Shown one piece after another: positions 21,014-29,763 of a DNA stretch of 64,000 nucleotides. Location: assembly GCA_017449065.1 (NCBI GenBank), contig JAFSKF010000055.1, forward strand, positions 4,301 through 68,300, read 5' to 3'. Made by a program: the position numbers and the translations under genes. Within the stretch, counting starts at the first letter, position 1; each line of letters starts with the position of its first letter. The notes under the pieces were generated by a model that saw nothing but the letters and a program-made list of their open reading frames with translations, ran no database searches and was not told the origin of the DNA. Origin of the DNA: Bacteroidales bacterium (lineage in GTDB: Bacteria > Bacteroidota > Bacteroidia > Bacteroidales > UBA3663).

Positions 21014-21044
21014 CAAAGATACAGCATTATTTTTAATTTGCAAA
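21014..21044 (-). promoter_or_regulatory. Canonical Bacteroidetes promoter facing left, into the pyrG-distal gap
   Basis: On the minus strand: TTTG (21044-21041), a 19-nt spacer, then TATCTTTG (21021-21014). Confidence 0.6.
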
Positions 21045-21631
21045 TATATTTTTGTACAAATTCCGTACAAAGTGAACAATTTTGACGAAAAATACGTATT
21101 TTTGCTAATTCGTAAAACGATTTTTCCATGTTTCGGACATTTTTTACATACCTGTTATCATCCAGCCCCCGAACAAACCAGAGGAGTCTCTGCTTTCACA
21201 AAGACCCCTCCTCACCGAGAAACTGTTTCAGTTTCTCCTTTTCATCATAAAATGACCCACCTTTAAAATCTTAAATTAACATCTCACACGGAAGGGTTAT
21301 TAGCCCCTTCTAAAGAACTTAACTTATAAACAAAACACATTCATCAGGGATTTTCTTTTTAAAAAAAATAAAGCTTCTCAATCTGCAAAGAGTATTTTAA
21401 TAATAGGTACTGTGATATGAAAAACAATTCATGTATTTTTAACACTGCAAAGATATAGATGTTTTGCGAAAGTAAGGCGGTAAATTCGTACAATAATCAT
21501 ACATTGCCCCATTTCTCCTATAAAAATCCGCAAAATTCACATTTTTTTGCGATTTTGATTAACAAATCGGAGAATTATTGTTATTTTTGCACTCGATTTG
21601 AAACAAAATATAATCTCGATATAAGAATCTC

Positions 21632-22774
21632 ATGGCAGAATTTACCAAATGGGTTGCCTGCTGGGGCAATGCCACCTCTATCACCGACCGGAAGGAATGT
21701 GTCTATGCCAAGGACCTGACCTTACGCTATCCGGTCTTCATCCCCTTTTCCGGAAACAAGTTGCGGTTCCGTTTTTCGAATCTGACGGGAACCGAACCTG
21801 TAACGCTGACCCGCGTCTTCGTCGCCTCGCTGTCTGAGGTCTATTCGCCCGTACCTGTCACCTTCAGCGGCAATCCGAGTGTCACCATCGCTCCCGGATC
21901 GGAGATTACCAGCGATGCAATCCCCCTGGAGATTCAAACCGGCGGGAAAGTCGAAGTGAGCATCTACTTAGGCGAATATACACAGATGAACGCGGGCACG
22001 TTGATTACCGGTCCTTTGTCGAAAGGCAAATACGCCTACGGCAACTTCGCCGACCAGCAGCAGCTCCCGCCCGATCTGACCCGCAACACCAACTGGTTCT
22101 ATTTTCTGAACACCATCGACATCCTCACGGAAGAAAGGAATCGCGCATTTGTGTGCTATGGCGATTCGATTACTGCCCAAAGCTGGCCGGATTATCTTTC
22201 GCTCAGGGCATGGGAACTGGGGCACCGCCATGTTTCAATCATCCGTCGGGCAGTGAGTGGCACACGCATTCTGCGGCAATACGATTGCATCACCTATCAG
22301 GCTTACGGCCTGAAGGGAGCCACCCGTTTCCCCATCGAGATGAACGTGGCAGGTGCCGATGCTGTCATTTTGCAGCATGGCATCAACGACATCATCCATC
22401 CCGTGGGCGTTGAGGTCAATCCGTTCCGTCCGTGGAGCGACCTGCCCACCGTTGCCGAAATGATTCAAGGCGTGCAGGACATCTATGTCAAACCCGCCCG
22501 CAACCTCGGACTGAAAGTCTGGAGCGGAACCCTCCTCCCTATCTACCTGTGGCGCACCTATGCCGATTTCCGCGAACAGATGAGAAACGAGTTCAACGAA
22601 TGGCTACGCACCTCCAGTCTCTTCGACGGCTGCGTCGATTTCGATCAGGCTGTCTGCAACCCGCAACAGCCCGAAGCCTTTGCCCCCGGTTTCGACTCCG
22701 GCGATCACCTTCACCCCAGCGAAGCCGCCTACAAAGCCATGGCCGACTGCGTGCCCGAGGAATTGCTGAAATGA
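21632..22774 (+). CDS. SGNH/GDSL-family hydrolase (esterase) with N-terminal beta-sandwich region
   Basis: 380 aa with the SGNH blocks CYGDSIT, GINDI and DHLHPS. No signal peptide is visible. Confidence 0.8.
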   Translation: MAEFTKWVACWGNATSITDRKECVYAKDLTLRYPVFIPFSGNKLRFRFSNLTGTEPVTLTRVFVASLSEVYSPVPVTFSGNPSVTIAPGSEITSDAIPLEIQTGGKVEVSIYLGEYTQMNAGTLITGPLSKGKYAYGNFADQQQLPPDLTRNTNWFYFLNTIDILTEERNRAFVCYGDSITAQSWPDYLSLRAWELGHRHVSIIRRAVSGTRILRQYDCITYQAYGLKGATRFPIEMNVAGADAVILQHGINDIIHPVGVEVNPFRPWSDLPTVAEMIQGVQDIYVKPARNLGLKVWSGTLLPIYLWRTYADFREQMRNEFNEWLRTSSLFDGCVDFDQAVCNPQQPEAFAPGFDSGDHLHPSEAAYKAMADCVPEELLK

Positions 22775-23052
22775 TAAAAATATACCTAACAATTGCAGAT
22801 ATGCAGCCACCCGATTAGAAGCAGAAACACATCATACGTAGGATATAATACATATCCGTGGACGTCACATTTGTCTTGTCTCTTGGTGTAATATACACCA
22901 CAAATCTGAGCAAATCTGACTTTTATAAACTTTTTGTTCATCTTCTCATCTTAAAATATATACTGTCCGAAATTTTCAGGCAAAATTTTTGCATATCTCC
23001 GAAAATATTGCGAACTTTGCGGCAAAATCTAATCTAAACTCAACAGATATTT

Positions 23053-24711
23053 ATGTATAACAATGGTAATCTCTACATCGCACATAGCGAAAACGGCCCG
23101 ATCTGTCTGACAGGCAGAATGTGCAATCGCCACGGACTCATTGCCGGCGCTACCGGTACCGGAAAAACAGTCACCCTGCAAGTATTGGCAGAAACGTTCA
23201 GTCAGGCAGGCGTGCCTTGCTTCATGGCCGACATGAAGGGCGACCTCTCCGGCATCAGCCAAGTGGGCAAGATGAATGGGTTCATCGAGAAACGCTGCGC
23301 CGAATTCGGCTTGCAGAATCCGGAGTTTCAAGCCTGTCCGGTGCGTTTCTACGACGTGTTCGGCGAACAGGGCTTCCCGATGCGAACCACCGTATCGACC
23401 ATGGGCCCGCAACTCCTGTCGCGACTGATGGGACTGAACGACACACAGAGCGGTGTGCTGAACATCGTGTTCCGCATCGCCGACGACAAGCAGCTGCTGC
23501 TCATCGACCTGAAAGACCTGCGTCTGATGCTCGACTTCGTGGGCAAGAACTCCAGCAAGTTCACCACCGAATACGGTAACGTCTCTGCCGCTTCCATCGG
23601 AGCCATCCAGCGTGCCGTGATCGAACTCGAAACGCAAGGCGGCGACAAGTTCTTCGGCGAACCTGCATTCAATGTGACGGACCTGCTCGACCAGGAGAAC
23701 GGTAAAGGCGTGATGTCGGTGCTGGCAGCCGACAAACTGATGCTGCAGCCTAAACTCTACTCCACCTTCCTGCTCTGGCTCCTCACCGAGCTCTATGCCA
23801 CCCTGCCCGAAGTGGGCGATGCCGACCTGCCGAAGCTGGTGTTCTTCTTCGATGAGGCACACATGCTGTTCGACGATACCTCGAAAGCCATGCAGGACAA
23901 GATGGAACAGGTGATCCGTCTGATCCGCTCCAAAGGTGTGGGCATCTATTTCATCACACAATCGCCTACCGACGTCCCCGTTGACATCCTGGGCCAGCTC
24001 GGCAATCGCGTGCAGCATGCCTTGCGTGCTTATACCCCGAAGGACCAGAAAGCGGTGCGTACGGCAGCACAGACTTTCCGCACGAACCCGGCTTTCAACA
24101 CCGAAGAAGCCATTTCGCAACTCGGAACCGGTGAAGCCCTCGTTTCGGTGCTCGACGAAAAAGGCATTCCTACGGTGGTGGAAAAAGCGAAGATTCTCTT
24201 CCCGCTCAGCCAAATCGGTGCCATCACCGCCGGACAGCGCCTGGATATCCAGAATGCCGCTCCCGCCCGGATTCAGGAATACAAAACCTTCTTCGACCGC
24301 GAGTCGGCCTACGAGGTTCTGACGGAACAAAACCAGCAGGCTGAGGCTGCCGAAGAAAAGCGCAAGGCAGAGAAAGAAGCGGAGAAGGAAGCCAAGGAGG
24401 CTGAGAAAGCCAGAGCCAAAGCCGAAAAAGAAGCCGAGAAAGCCCGCAAAGAGGCAGAAAAAGCCGAGAAGGAGGCCGCCAAGAGCAAATCGAAATCGAG
24501 CGGTTGGACACGCACCATCTTCGGCACCCTGATCGGTGCTGTCACCGGTGTGCTTGCCCGTCAGGTGGGCACTGCGGTATCGGACAGCATCACCGGCAAA
24601 AAGCGCAAGCCTGTCACCGCTAAGGAAGTGGCTGGCAAGGCTGCCAAGAGTGCATCGACCACCGTCACCCGCAAGGTAACAAACGAAGTACTAAAGAATA
24701 TTTTTAAATAA
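23053..24711 (+). CDS. DUF853/YjgR-like (HerA-fold) P-loop ATPase with charged repeat tail
   Basis: 552 aa. Walker A is GATGTGKT and Walker B-like is VFFFDEAH. The C-terminal ~120 aa is a KAE-rich low-complexity stretch followed by a hydrophobic segment. Confidence 0.85.
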   Translation: MYNNGNLYIAHSENGPICLTGRMCNRHGLIAGATGTGKTVTLQVLAETFSQAGVPCFMADMKGDLSGISQVGKMNGFIEKRCAEFGLQNPEFQACPVRFYDVFGEQGFPMRTTVSTMGPQLLSRLMGLNDTQSGVLNIVFRIADDKQLLLIDLKDLRLMLDFVGKNSSKFTTEYGNVSAASIGAIQRAVIELETQGGDKFFGEPAFNVTDLLDQENGKGVMSVLAADKLMLQPKLYSTFLLWLLTELYATLPEVGDADLPKLVFFFDEAHMLFDDTSKAMQDKMEQVIRLIRSKGVGIYFITQSPTDVPVDILGQLGNRVQHALRAYTPKDQKAVRTAAQTFRTNPAFNTEEAISQLGTGEALVSVLDEKGIPTVVEKAKILFPLSQIGAITAGQRLDIQNAAPARIQEYKTFFDRESAYEVLTEQNQQAEAAEEKRKAEKEAEKEAKEAEKARAKAEKEAEKARKEAEKAEKEAAKSKSKSSGWTRTIFGTLIGAVTGVLARQVGTAVSDSITGKKRKPVTAKEVAGKAAKSASTTVTRKVTNEVLKNIFK

Positions 24712-24737
24712 AAGGAGAAAAAAGGAGTTATAAAATT

Positions 24738-25424
24738 ATGAAGAATCAAATCTGGGCCGTTATTCTGAGCATTGGAGTGGCTCTGAGCGGCTATTTTATC
24801 TATTGTGGCATCGATGCCTTGGCAAACAAAGACCGTCACGTGACGGTGAAAGGTCTCTCGGAACGGGAGGTGATGGCCGATAAGGCAACCTGGTATTTGT
24901 CGGTCAAGGTTTCGGGCAATCAGATTGAGCGCCTGTACGACCAACTGGAACCGAAACTGCAAACCGTCAGGAAGTTCCTGAAGCGAAACGGCGTGAGCGA
25001 CGAGGAAATGGTGGCAAGTGCTCCCGACCTGAACGACCGCTCCGACTGGTACAACTGGGCAGAACAGAGAGGGAAAATCGACCAGTACGAACTGACGGGG
25101 CATATCACGGTGGTTTCGCGCGATGTCGATAAGATCCGTGCCATCGAACTGAACCAGCAGGAACTGCTGAAATTAGGCGTAATGCTGAACGGCAGCGCGC
25201 CGAACTACGAATATTCGGGCTTGAACGACCTGAAACCCGAGATGGTGCAGGAAGCCACACAGAATGCCCGCGTGGTGGCCGACAAGTTTGCGCAAGATGC
25301 TAACTGCGAACTGGGTTCCATCCGCACCGCCCGCCAGGGACAGTTCGAGGTGACCAGCCACGAAGTCTTCCCCTATAAACGTCAGGTGCGCGTAGTGGTG
25401 AACATCGATTATTATCTGAAGTAA
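24738..25424 (+). CDS. SIMPL/DUF541-like membrane-anchored protein
   Basis: 228 aa with an N-terminal TM helix. The overall pattern resembles the SIMPL (YggE-like) family. This call rests on recollection, not on a search. Confidence 0.6.
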   Translation: MKNQIWAVILSIGVALSGYFIYCGIDALANKDRHVTVKGLSEREVMADKATWYLSVKVSGNQIERLYDQLEPKLQTVRKFLKRNGVSDEEMVASAPDLNDRSDWYNWAEQRGKIDQYELTGHITVVSRDVDKIRAIELNQQELLKLGVMLNGSAPNYEYSGLNDLKPEMVQEATQNARVVADKFAQDANCELGSIRTARQGQFEVTSHEVFPYKRQVRVVVNIDYYLK

Positions 25425-25470
25425 GGTGAGAGAGTAAAAATTTCCCTTTTTATTCCCTTAATAATTCTTT

Positions 25471-26196
25471 TCAGAGGGTGAAGCGATCTGCTTCACCCTT
25501 GTTTTTCAAACGGGTGATGGCGGCTGTCCAATCGTTTTCCATGATGCCGGCTGCCATTCCGTCGGCAGTTTGCACAAGGGTCAGCAGCGCCGAGTTCTCT
25601 TTGGCGGCATTCAGGCTCGATTTCTCTTCCGCACTCTGGAAAGGCAAATCCCATGCCGACATGTGCCAGCGGATGGCAAGCATCTCATCTTCGGTCATCT
25701 TCAGACCCCAGTTCTGCAGCATGATGACCGACTTCTCACCGTGTCCGAAAGGTGCCCACGAATAATCGAGGTTATAGCCTAAGACATCGGTCCACACGCC
25801 GTTGGGCAGTTTCTGCCGCTTGGTGGCCTGCACGTAAATAGCAGTCTTGCAGACATCGTGAAGCAAGGTGGCGATAACGATGCTGTCGTCGGGCAACAGC
25901 GTGTCGATTTCCGGCATCAGCGTTTCGCCCGTAATCATATTACTTCCGCCTTTCAGCGTCGCCTTCAGCAACTTTGCCATCTGAAACACGTGCATGGAGT
26001 GCAGCACCAGTCCGCCGGGCTCGTTCAGATGATGTCCGGCAGAAGCGGGAGCCGTATAGAATCCGCGCTCGTCCAGCTGCCAAAGCACGTTATCTATTCC
26101 TTCTCTCTGCGTATTCCTCAACGATTTTTCGAACCACAACTTCAATTGTGCTACCTGTGCCTCCTGCTCGGGAGTGATGATGATATTTGTTGCCAT
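25471..26196 (-). CDS. HD-domain phosphohydrolase
   Basis: 241 aa. A His pair (GHHLN) and the HD motif LLHDVCK are present. Confidence 0.75.
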   Translation of the reverse strand: MATNIIITPEQEAQVAQLKLWFEKSLRNTQREGIDNVLWQLDERGFYTAPASAGHHLNEPGGLVLHSMHVFQMAKLLKATLKGGSNMITGETLMPEIDTLLPDDSIVIATLLHDVCKTAIYVQATKRQKLPNGVWTDVLGYNLDYSWAPFGHGEKSVIMLQNWGLKMTEDEMLAIRWHMSAWDLPFQSAEEKSSLNAAKENSALLTLVQTADGMAAGIMENDWTAAITRLKNKGEADRFTL

Positions 26197-26329
26197 AGAT
26201 GCTTTTTGTACGGTTTGTTTTGCGAAAAAATCCTTATGCCCATAGAAAATTTGCGCGATGCCTATAAAAAAAGTGCGCGATAGTTATGCCGCAAATTTTC
26301 CTCTCCTTTGTCCCCTCTGAATCACGATG

Positions 26330-26361
26330 CAAAGTTACGCATTTTTTCCGAGACTACCAAA
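26330..26361 (-). promoter_or_regulatory. Promoter of the HD-domain gene
   Basis: On the minus strand: TTTG (26361-26358), a 20-nt spacer, then TAACTTTG (26337-26330). Confidence 0.5.
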
Positions 26362-26386
26362 TTTTTCAGCCACTTTTTCGGGGGAA

Positions 26387-26434
26387 CTTATAAAGTTATA
26401 ACTTATAACTCCGACAGTTATAAAAGTTATAACT
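26387..26434. repeat. Five clustered copies of (A/C)(G/T)TTATAA, including two perfect 10-bp palindromes AGTTATAACT
   Basis: The sequence reads cttataa-agttataa-cttataa-ct-ccgac-agttataa-aagttataa-ct. The palindromes are at 26394-26403 and 26425-26434. Confidence 0.6.
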
Positions 26435-26555
26435 CCTGACACCTGACATTTAAATTTTCCAGATTGTCTTGTACTGAAATAGGTTGACTTCTGAAAACAT
26501 GAGAAACACTCGGGGCAGCCATGCGGCAAAAAAACATCACATTTCCGGCAAAATA

Positions 26556-26587
26556 TTTGGAAGTGTCGTAAAAAATGCGTATATTTG
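26556..26587 (+). promoter_or_regulatory. Promoter of the MmeI-like RM gene
   Basis: TTTG (26556-26559), a 20-nt spacer, then TATATTTG (26580-26587). The ATG is at 26659. Confidence 0.6.
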
Positions 26588-26658
26588 CATCATGAAACAA
26601 CTCCCTCTGAATCACTGTTTCATACGAATGCAAACAACAGAATCACGGCACCGATAAG

Positions 26659-29589
26659 ATGAAGACCGATAAACAGATGGCTGCAGCTGCAGCGAAATTC
26701 GCCCAGAGATGGAAAGGCAAAGGCTATGAGCGCGGACAGAGCCAGCTGTTCTGGGCCGACCTGCTCACCAGCGTCTATGGCGTGGAGAACCTTCCGGAGT
26801 TCGTCCGCTACGAGGAGCAGGTCACTTCGATGGTGGATAGCACCAACTTCATCGATGTGCACATCCCATCAACAAAAGTGCTTATCGAGCAGAAATCCAT
26901 CCATGTGGATTTGCGCAAGCCCATCAAGAAAGGCGACGGCTATATCACTCCCTTCCTGCAAGCCAAGCAATACATCGTGAACATGCCGCAGAAGGAGCAT
27001 CCCAAATGGGTGGTGACCTGCAATTTCAAGTCGTTTCTGGTTTACGATATGAACCAGCCTAACAAAGAGCCGGATGAAATTCTTTTGGAAGACTTGGGGA
27101 CGGAATACTACCGACTGAAGTTTCTGGTCGATGCACAGAGCGAACATATCAGCAAGGAGATGGAGGTGTCGATGCAGGCCGGCGAGATTGTGGGCAGAAT
27201 CTACGACGCCTTGCTGAAGCAGTATGACGACAATTCGCCCGAAGCCCTGCGCTGGCTCAACATCCTCTGTGTGCGCATCGTGTTCTGTCTGTATGCCGAA
27301 GATGCGGGCGTGTTCGCCAGAGACCAGTTCCACGACTACCTGATCCGCTACGATGCCGACGACCTGCGCAATGCCCTGATCCGGCTGTTCGACGTGCTGA
27401 AGACCCCGACCGAGAAACGCAGCAAATACCTCAAGGACGACCTCAAAGCCTTCCCCTACACCAACGGCGGCCTGTTCGAAGAGGAGATAGAGATTCCGCA
27501 GTTCACCGACGAACTCAGGCAGACGCTGCTGCACAATGCGAGCCTCGACTTCGACTGGAGCAAGATCTCGCCTACCATCTTCGGAGCCATGTTCGAGAGC
27601 ACGCTCAATCCGGAAACGAGACGTTCCGGCGGTATGCACTACACCTCGATCGAGAACATCCACAAGGTCATCGACACGCTGTTTCTGAACGATCTGTGCA
27701 GGGAATTCGACATCATTCTGGAAGAGAAAGTCGAACGGCAGCGCGTAAAGCGGCTCGATGCCTTTCAGGACAAACTTGCCTCGCTCACCTTCCTCGATCC
27801 GGCTTGCGGCAGCGGCAACTTCCTCACCGAAACCTATCTTTCGCTGCGACGTCTGGAGAACGACGTTATCCGTGCCAAATATCACGGTCAGTCCATGCTG
27901 GGCGCCTTTGTGAATCCCATCAAGGTCAGCATCCAGCAGTTCTATGGCATCGAAATCAACGACTTTGCCGTCACCGTTGCCACCACAGCCCTATGGATCA
28001 GCGAGGCCCAGATGCTGGCAGAAACGGAGCGCATCGTGCATCAGGACATCGACTTCCTGCCGCTGAAGCCCTACCATAATATCCGCGAGGGGAATGCGCT
28101 CCGAATGGAGTGGGATGTGATTGAAGAAAAGTCGGATATTCCTACGATTCATGCAGAAAAAGTACACCTGATTGTTGAATCGGAGCCGAAAATGGTCAAA
28201 GATTCTTCTGTTGTCGAATACGGAGAGCTGAATGTAATAACGAAGCATTTTGAAAGCGCCAACGAACCGGAGAGTAAGTTCCGACGGGTACATTACGACT
28301 ACATCATCGGAAATCCGCCGTTTGTAGGTGCCAACATGATGAGCAAAGAGCAACGTGCAGACCTTCGCCACGTTTTCGGTTCAAAGTGGAAGAACATTGG
28401 TGAAATGGATTATGTGACAGCATGGTATATGCAAGCGGCCCGCGTAATGAAAGGAAGGGATACCCGTGCTGCGCTTGTTTCTACCAACAGTGTATCGCAA
28501 GGAGAACAGGTCGCTAATTTGTGGCAACCTCTCTTCGAACAGCTTGAAATGCATATTGATTTTGCACACAGAACTTTCCGATGGGATAGCGAAACGACAC
28601 AAAAAGCACATGTACATTGTGTGATTATTGGTTTCAGTAATGCAAAAAACAAGGCTCCCAAGATAATATATAATGGAGAGAATGTGCGAGAGGCAGCGAA
28701 TATTAACGCCTATCTTATGGATGCTCCCAATGTGTTTGTCGGAAGTCGAAGTAAACCATTGTGTGACGTTCCCGAGATTCGCAAGGGAAACCAGCCGACC
28801 GATGGCGGACACCTAATTATAGAATCGGAAGATCTTGAAGCGTTCCTTGCACGTGAACCGAAGGCAGAAAAATTCATCAAACGGCTGATTGGTGCTAAGG
28901 AATTTATCAATAATAAGTTACGATATTGTCTGTGGTTGAAGAATGTATCCCCTGCTGAATTAAGGCAGATGCCTGTGGTTATGCAACGTATAGAGGGCGT
29001 TCGTCAAATGCGCAAAACAAGTAGCGATCCTGCAACGAGAAAACTAGCTGATACTCCTTGGCTCTTCCGAGAGACTAATAATCCTGAGACGTATATAATT
29101 ATCCCGTCTGTATCGTCGGAAAAACGGAAATTTATTCCGATGGGCTTTTTAAAGTCCGATACAATACCGACCAACCTCGTTCTTATCATTCCCGATGCAA
29201 CGCTCTATCACTTTGGCATCCTTGAGAGCAATGTTCATATGGCGTGGATGCGAGCTGTATGCGGAAGATTGGAAATGCGCTATCGTTACTCAAAAGATGT
29301 AGTTTATAACAACTTCCCTTGGCCTAAGCCCTCCGAGGAACAAAAGATGAAGATTGAACAGACGGCACAAGCCATTCTTGACGCACGTGCTCTCTATCCG
29401 GATTCTTCTCTGGCAGACCTCTACGACGAACTGACAATGCCCGTAGAGCTTCGTAAGGCTCATCAGGAGAACGATCTGGCGGTGATGCAAGCCTACGGCT
29501 TCCCGGTCAGAAATACGTTTACGGAAAGCCAATGCGTGGCAGAACTGTTTAAGCTCTATCAGGAAATGACTGAAAAGAAAGGGAAATAA
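26659..29589 (+). CDS. Type IIL (MmeI-family) single-polypeptide restriction endonuclease / N6-adenine DNA methyltransferase
   Basis: 976 aa. The N-terminal PD-ExK-type motif D66-X10-E77-Q-K79 (FIDVHIPSTKVLIEQKS) matches the MmeI D-X9-EXK arrangement. The SAM motif is FLDPACGSGNFL, the catalytic motif is YIIGNPPFVG, and a long C-terminal target-recognition region follows. Confidence 0.85.
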   Translation: MKTDKQMAAAAAKFAQRWKGKGYERGQSQLFWADLLTSVYGVENLPEFVRYEEQVTSMVDSTNFIDVHIPSTKVLIEQKSIHVDLRKPIKKGDGYITPFLQAKQYIVNMPQKEHPKWVVTCNFKSFLVYDMNQPNKEPDEILLEDLGTEYYRLKFLVDAQSEHISKEMEVSMQAGEIVGRIYDALLKQYDDNSPEALRWLNILCVRIVFCLYAEDAGVFARDQFHDYLIRYDADDLRNALIRLFDVLKTPTEKRSKYLKDDLKAFPYTNGGLFEEEIEIPQFTDELRQTLLHNASLDFDWSKISPTIFGAMFESTLNPETRRSGGMHYTSIENIHKVIDTLFLNDLCREFDIILEEKVERQRVKRLDAFQDKLASLTFLDPACGSGNFLTETYLSLRRLENDVIRAKYHGQSMLGAFVNPIKVSIQQFYGIEINDFAVTVATTALWISEAQMLAETERIVHQDIDFLPLKPYHNIREGNALRMEWDVIEEKSDIPTIHAEKVHLIVESEPKMVKDSSVVEYGELNVITKHFESANEPESKFRRVHYDYIIGNPPFVGANMMSKEQRADLRHVFGSKWKNIGEMDYVTAWYMQAARVMKGRDTRAALVSTNSVSQGEQVANLWQPLFEQLEMHIDFAHRTFRWDSETTQKAHVHCVIIGFSNAKNKAPKIIYNGENVREAANINAYLMDAPNVFVGSRSKPLCDVPEIRKGNQPTDGGHLIIESEDLEAFLAREPKAEKFIKRLIGAKEFINNKLRYCLWLKNVSPAELRQMPVVMQRIEGVRQMRKTSSDPATRKLADTPWLFRETNNPETYIIIPSVSSEKRKFIPMGFLKSDTIPTNLVLIIPDATLYHFGILESNVHMAWMRAVCGRLEMRYRYSKDVVYNNFPWPKPSEEQKMKIEQTAQAILDARALYPDSSLADLYDELTMPVELRKAHQENDLAVMQAYGFPVRNTFTESQCVAELFKLYQEMTEKKGK

Positions 29590-29763
29590 AGGGTCTCTCC
29601 TTCAGCCAGTCGAACCGGCCTTTATCGGCTTCATGCTGATGCCACGAAGTCCAATAGACGGATGCGGGAAGGCTGTTTCTGCATAAAAGGACGCCCATTT
29701 TCGGGAGTCCTTTCTGAAAAATATGCTTAGAAACACAAAAACAGCTACGAAAACATATAAGCA

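Noticed and set aside
21072-21266. 64-aa (GTG-start) ORF and the 86-aa ORF at 21459-21719 in the long intergenic gap.
   Set aside because: The first runs straight through two strong hairpins and a terminator-like structure. The second overlaps the start of the SGNH hydrolase gene in another frame. Both have odd composition and no promoter-to-start logic.
23029-24330. 433-aa ORF on the minus strand, antisense to the DUF853 ATPase gene.
   Set aside because: The sense strand encodes a protein with clear Walker A/B motifs. The antisense product is a motif-less, R/G/E/H-rich sequence with no start context. It is typical of a shadow ORF in GC-rich coding DNA.
26869-27885. 338-aa minus-strand ORF inside the MmeI-like gene. 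The same applies to 6230-7123 (+) inside the HTCS gene, 52870-53664 (-) over the nucleotidase/ABC genes, and 14651-15271 (-) in gltB.
   Set aside because: All lie fully within strongly supported genes on the opposite strand. None has a recognisable motif, signal sequence or promoter.
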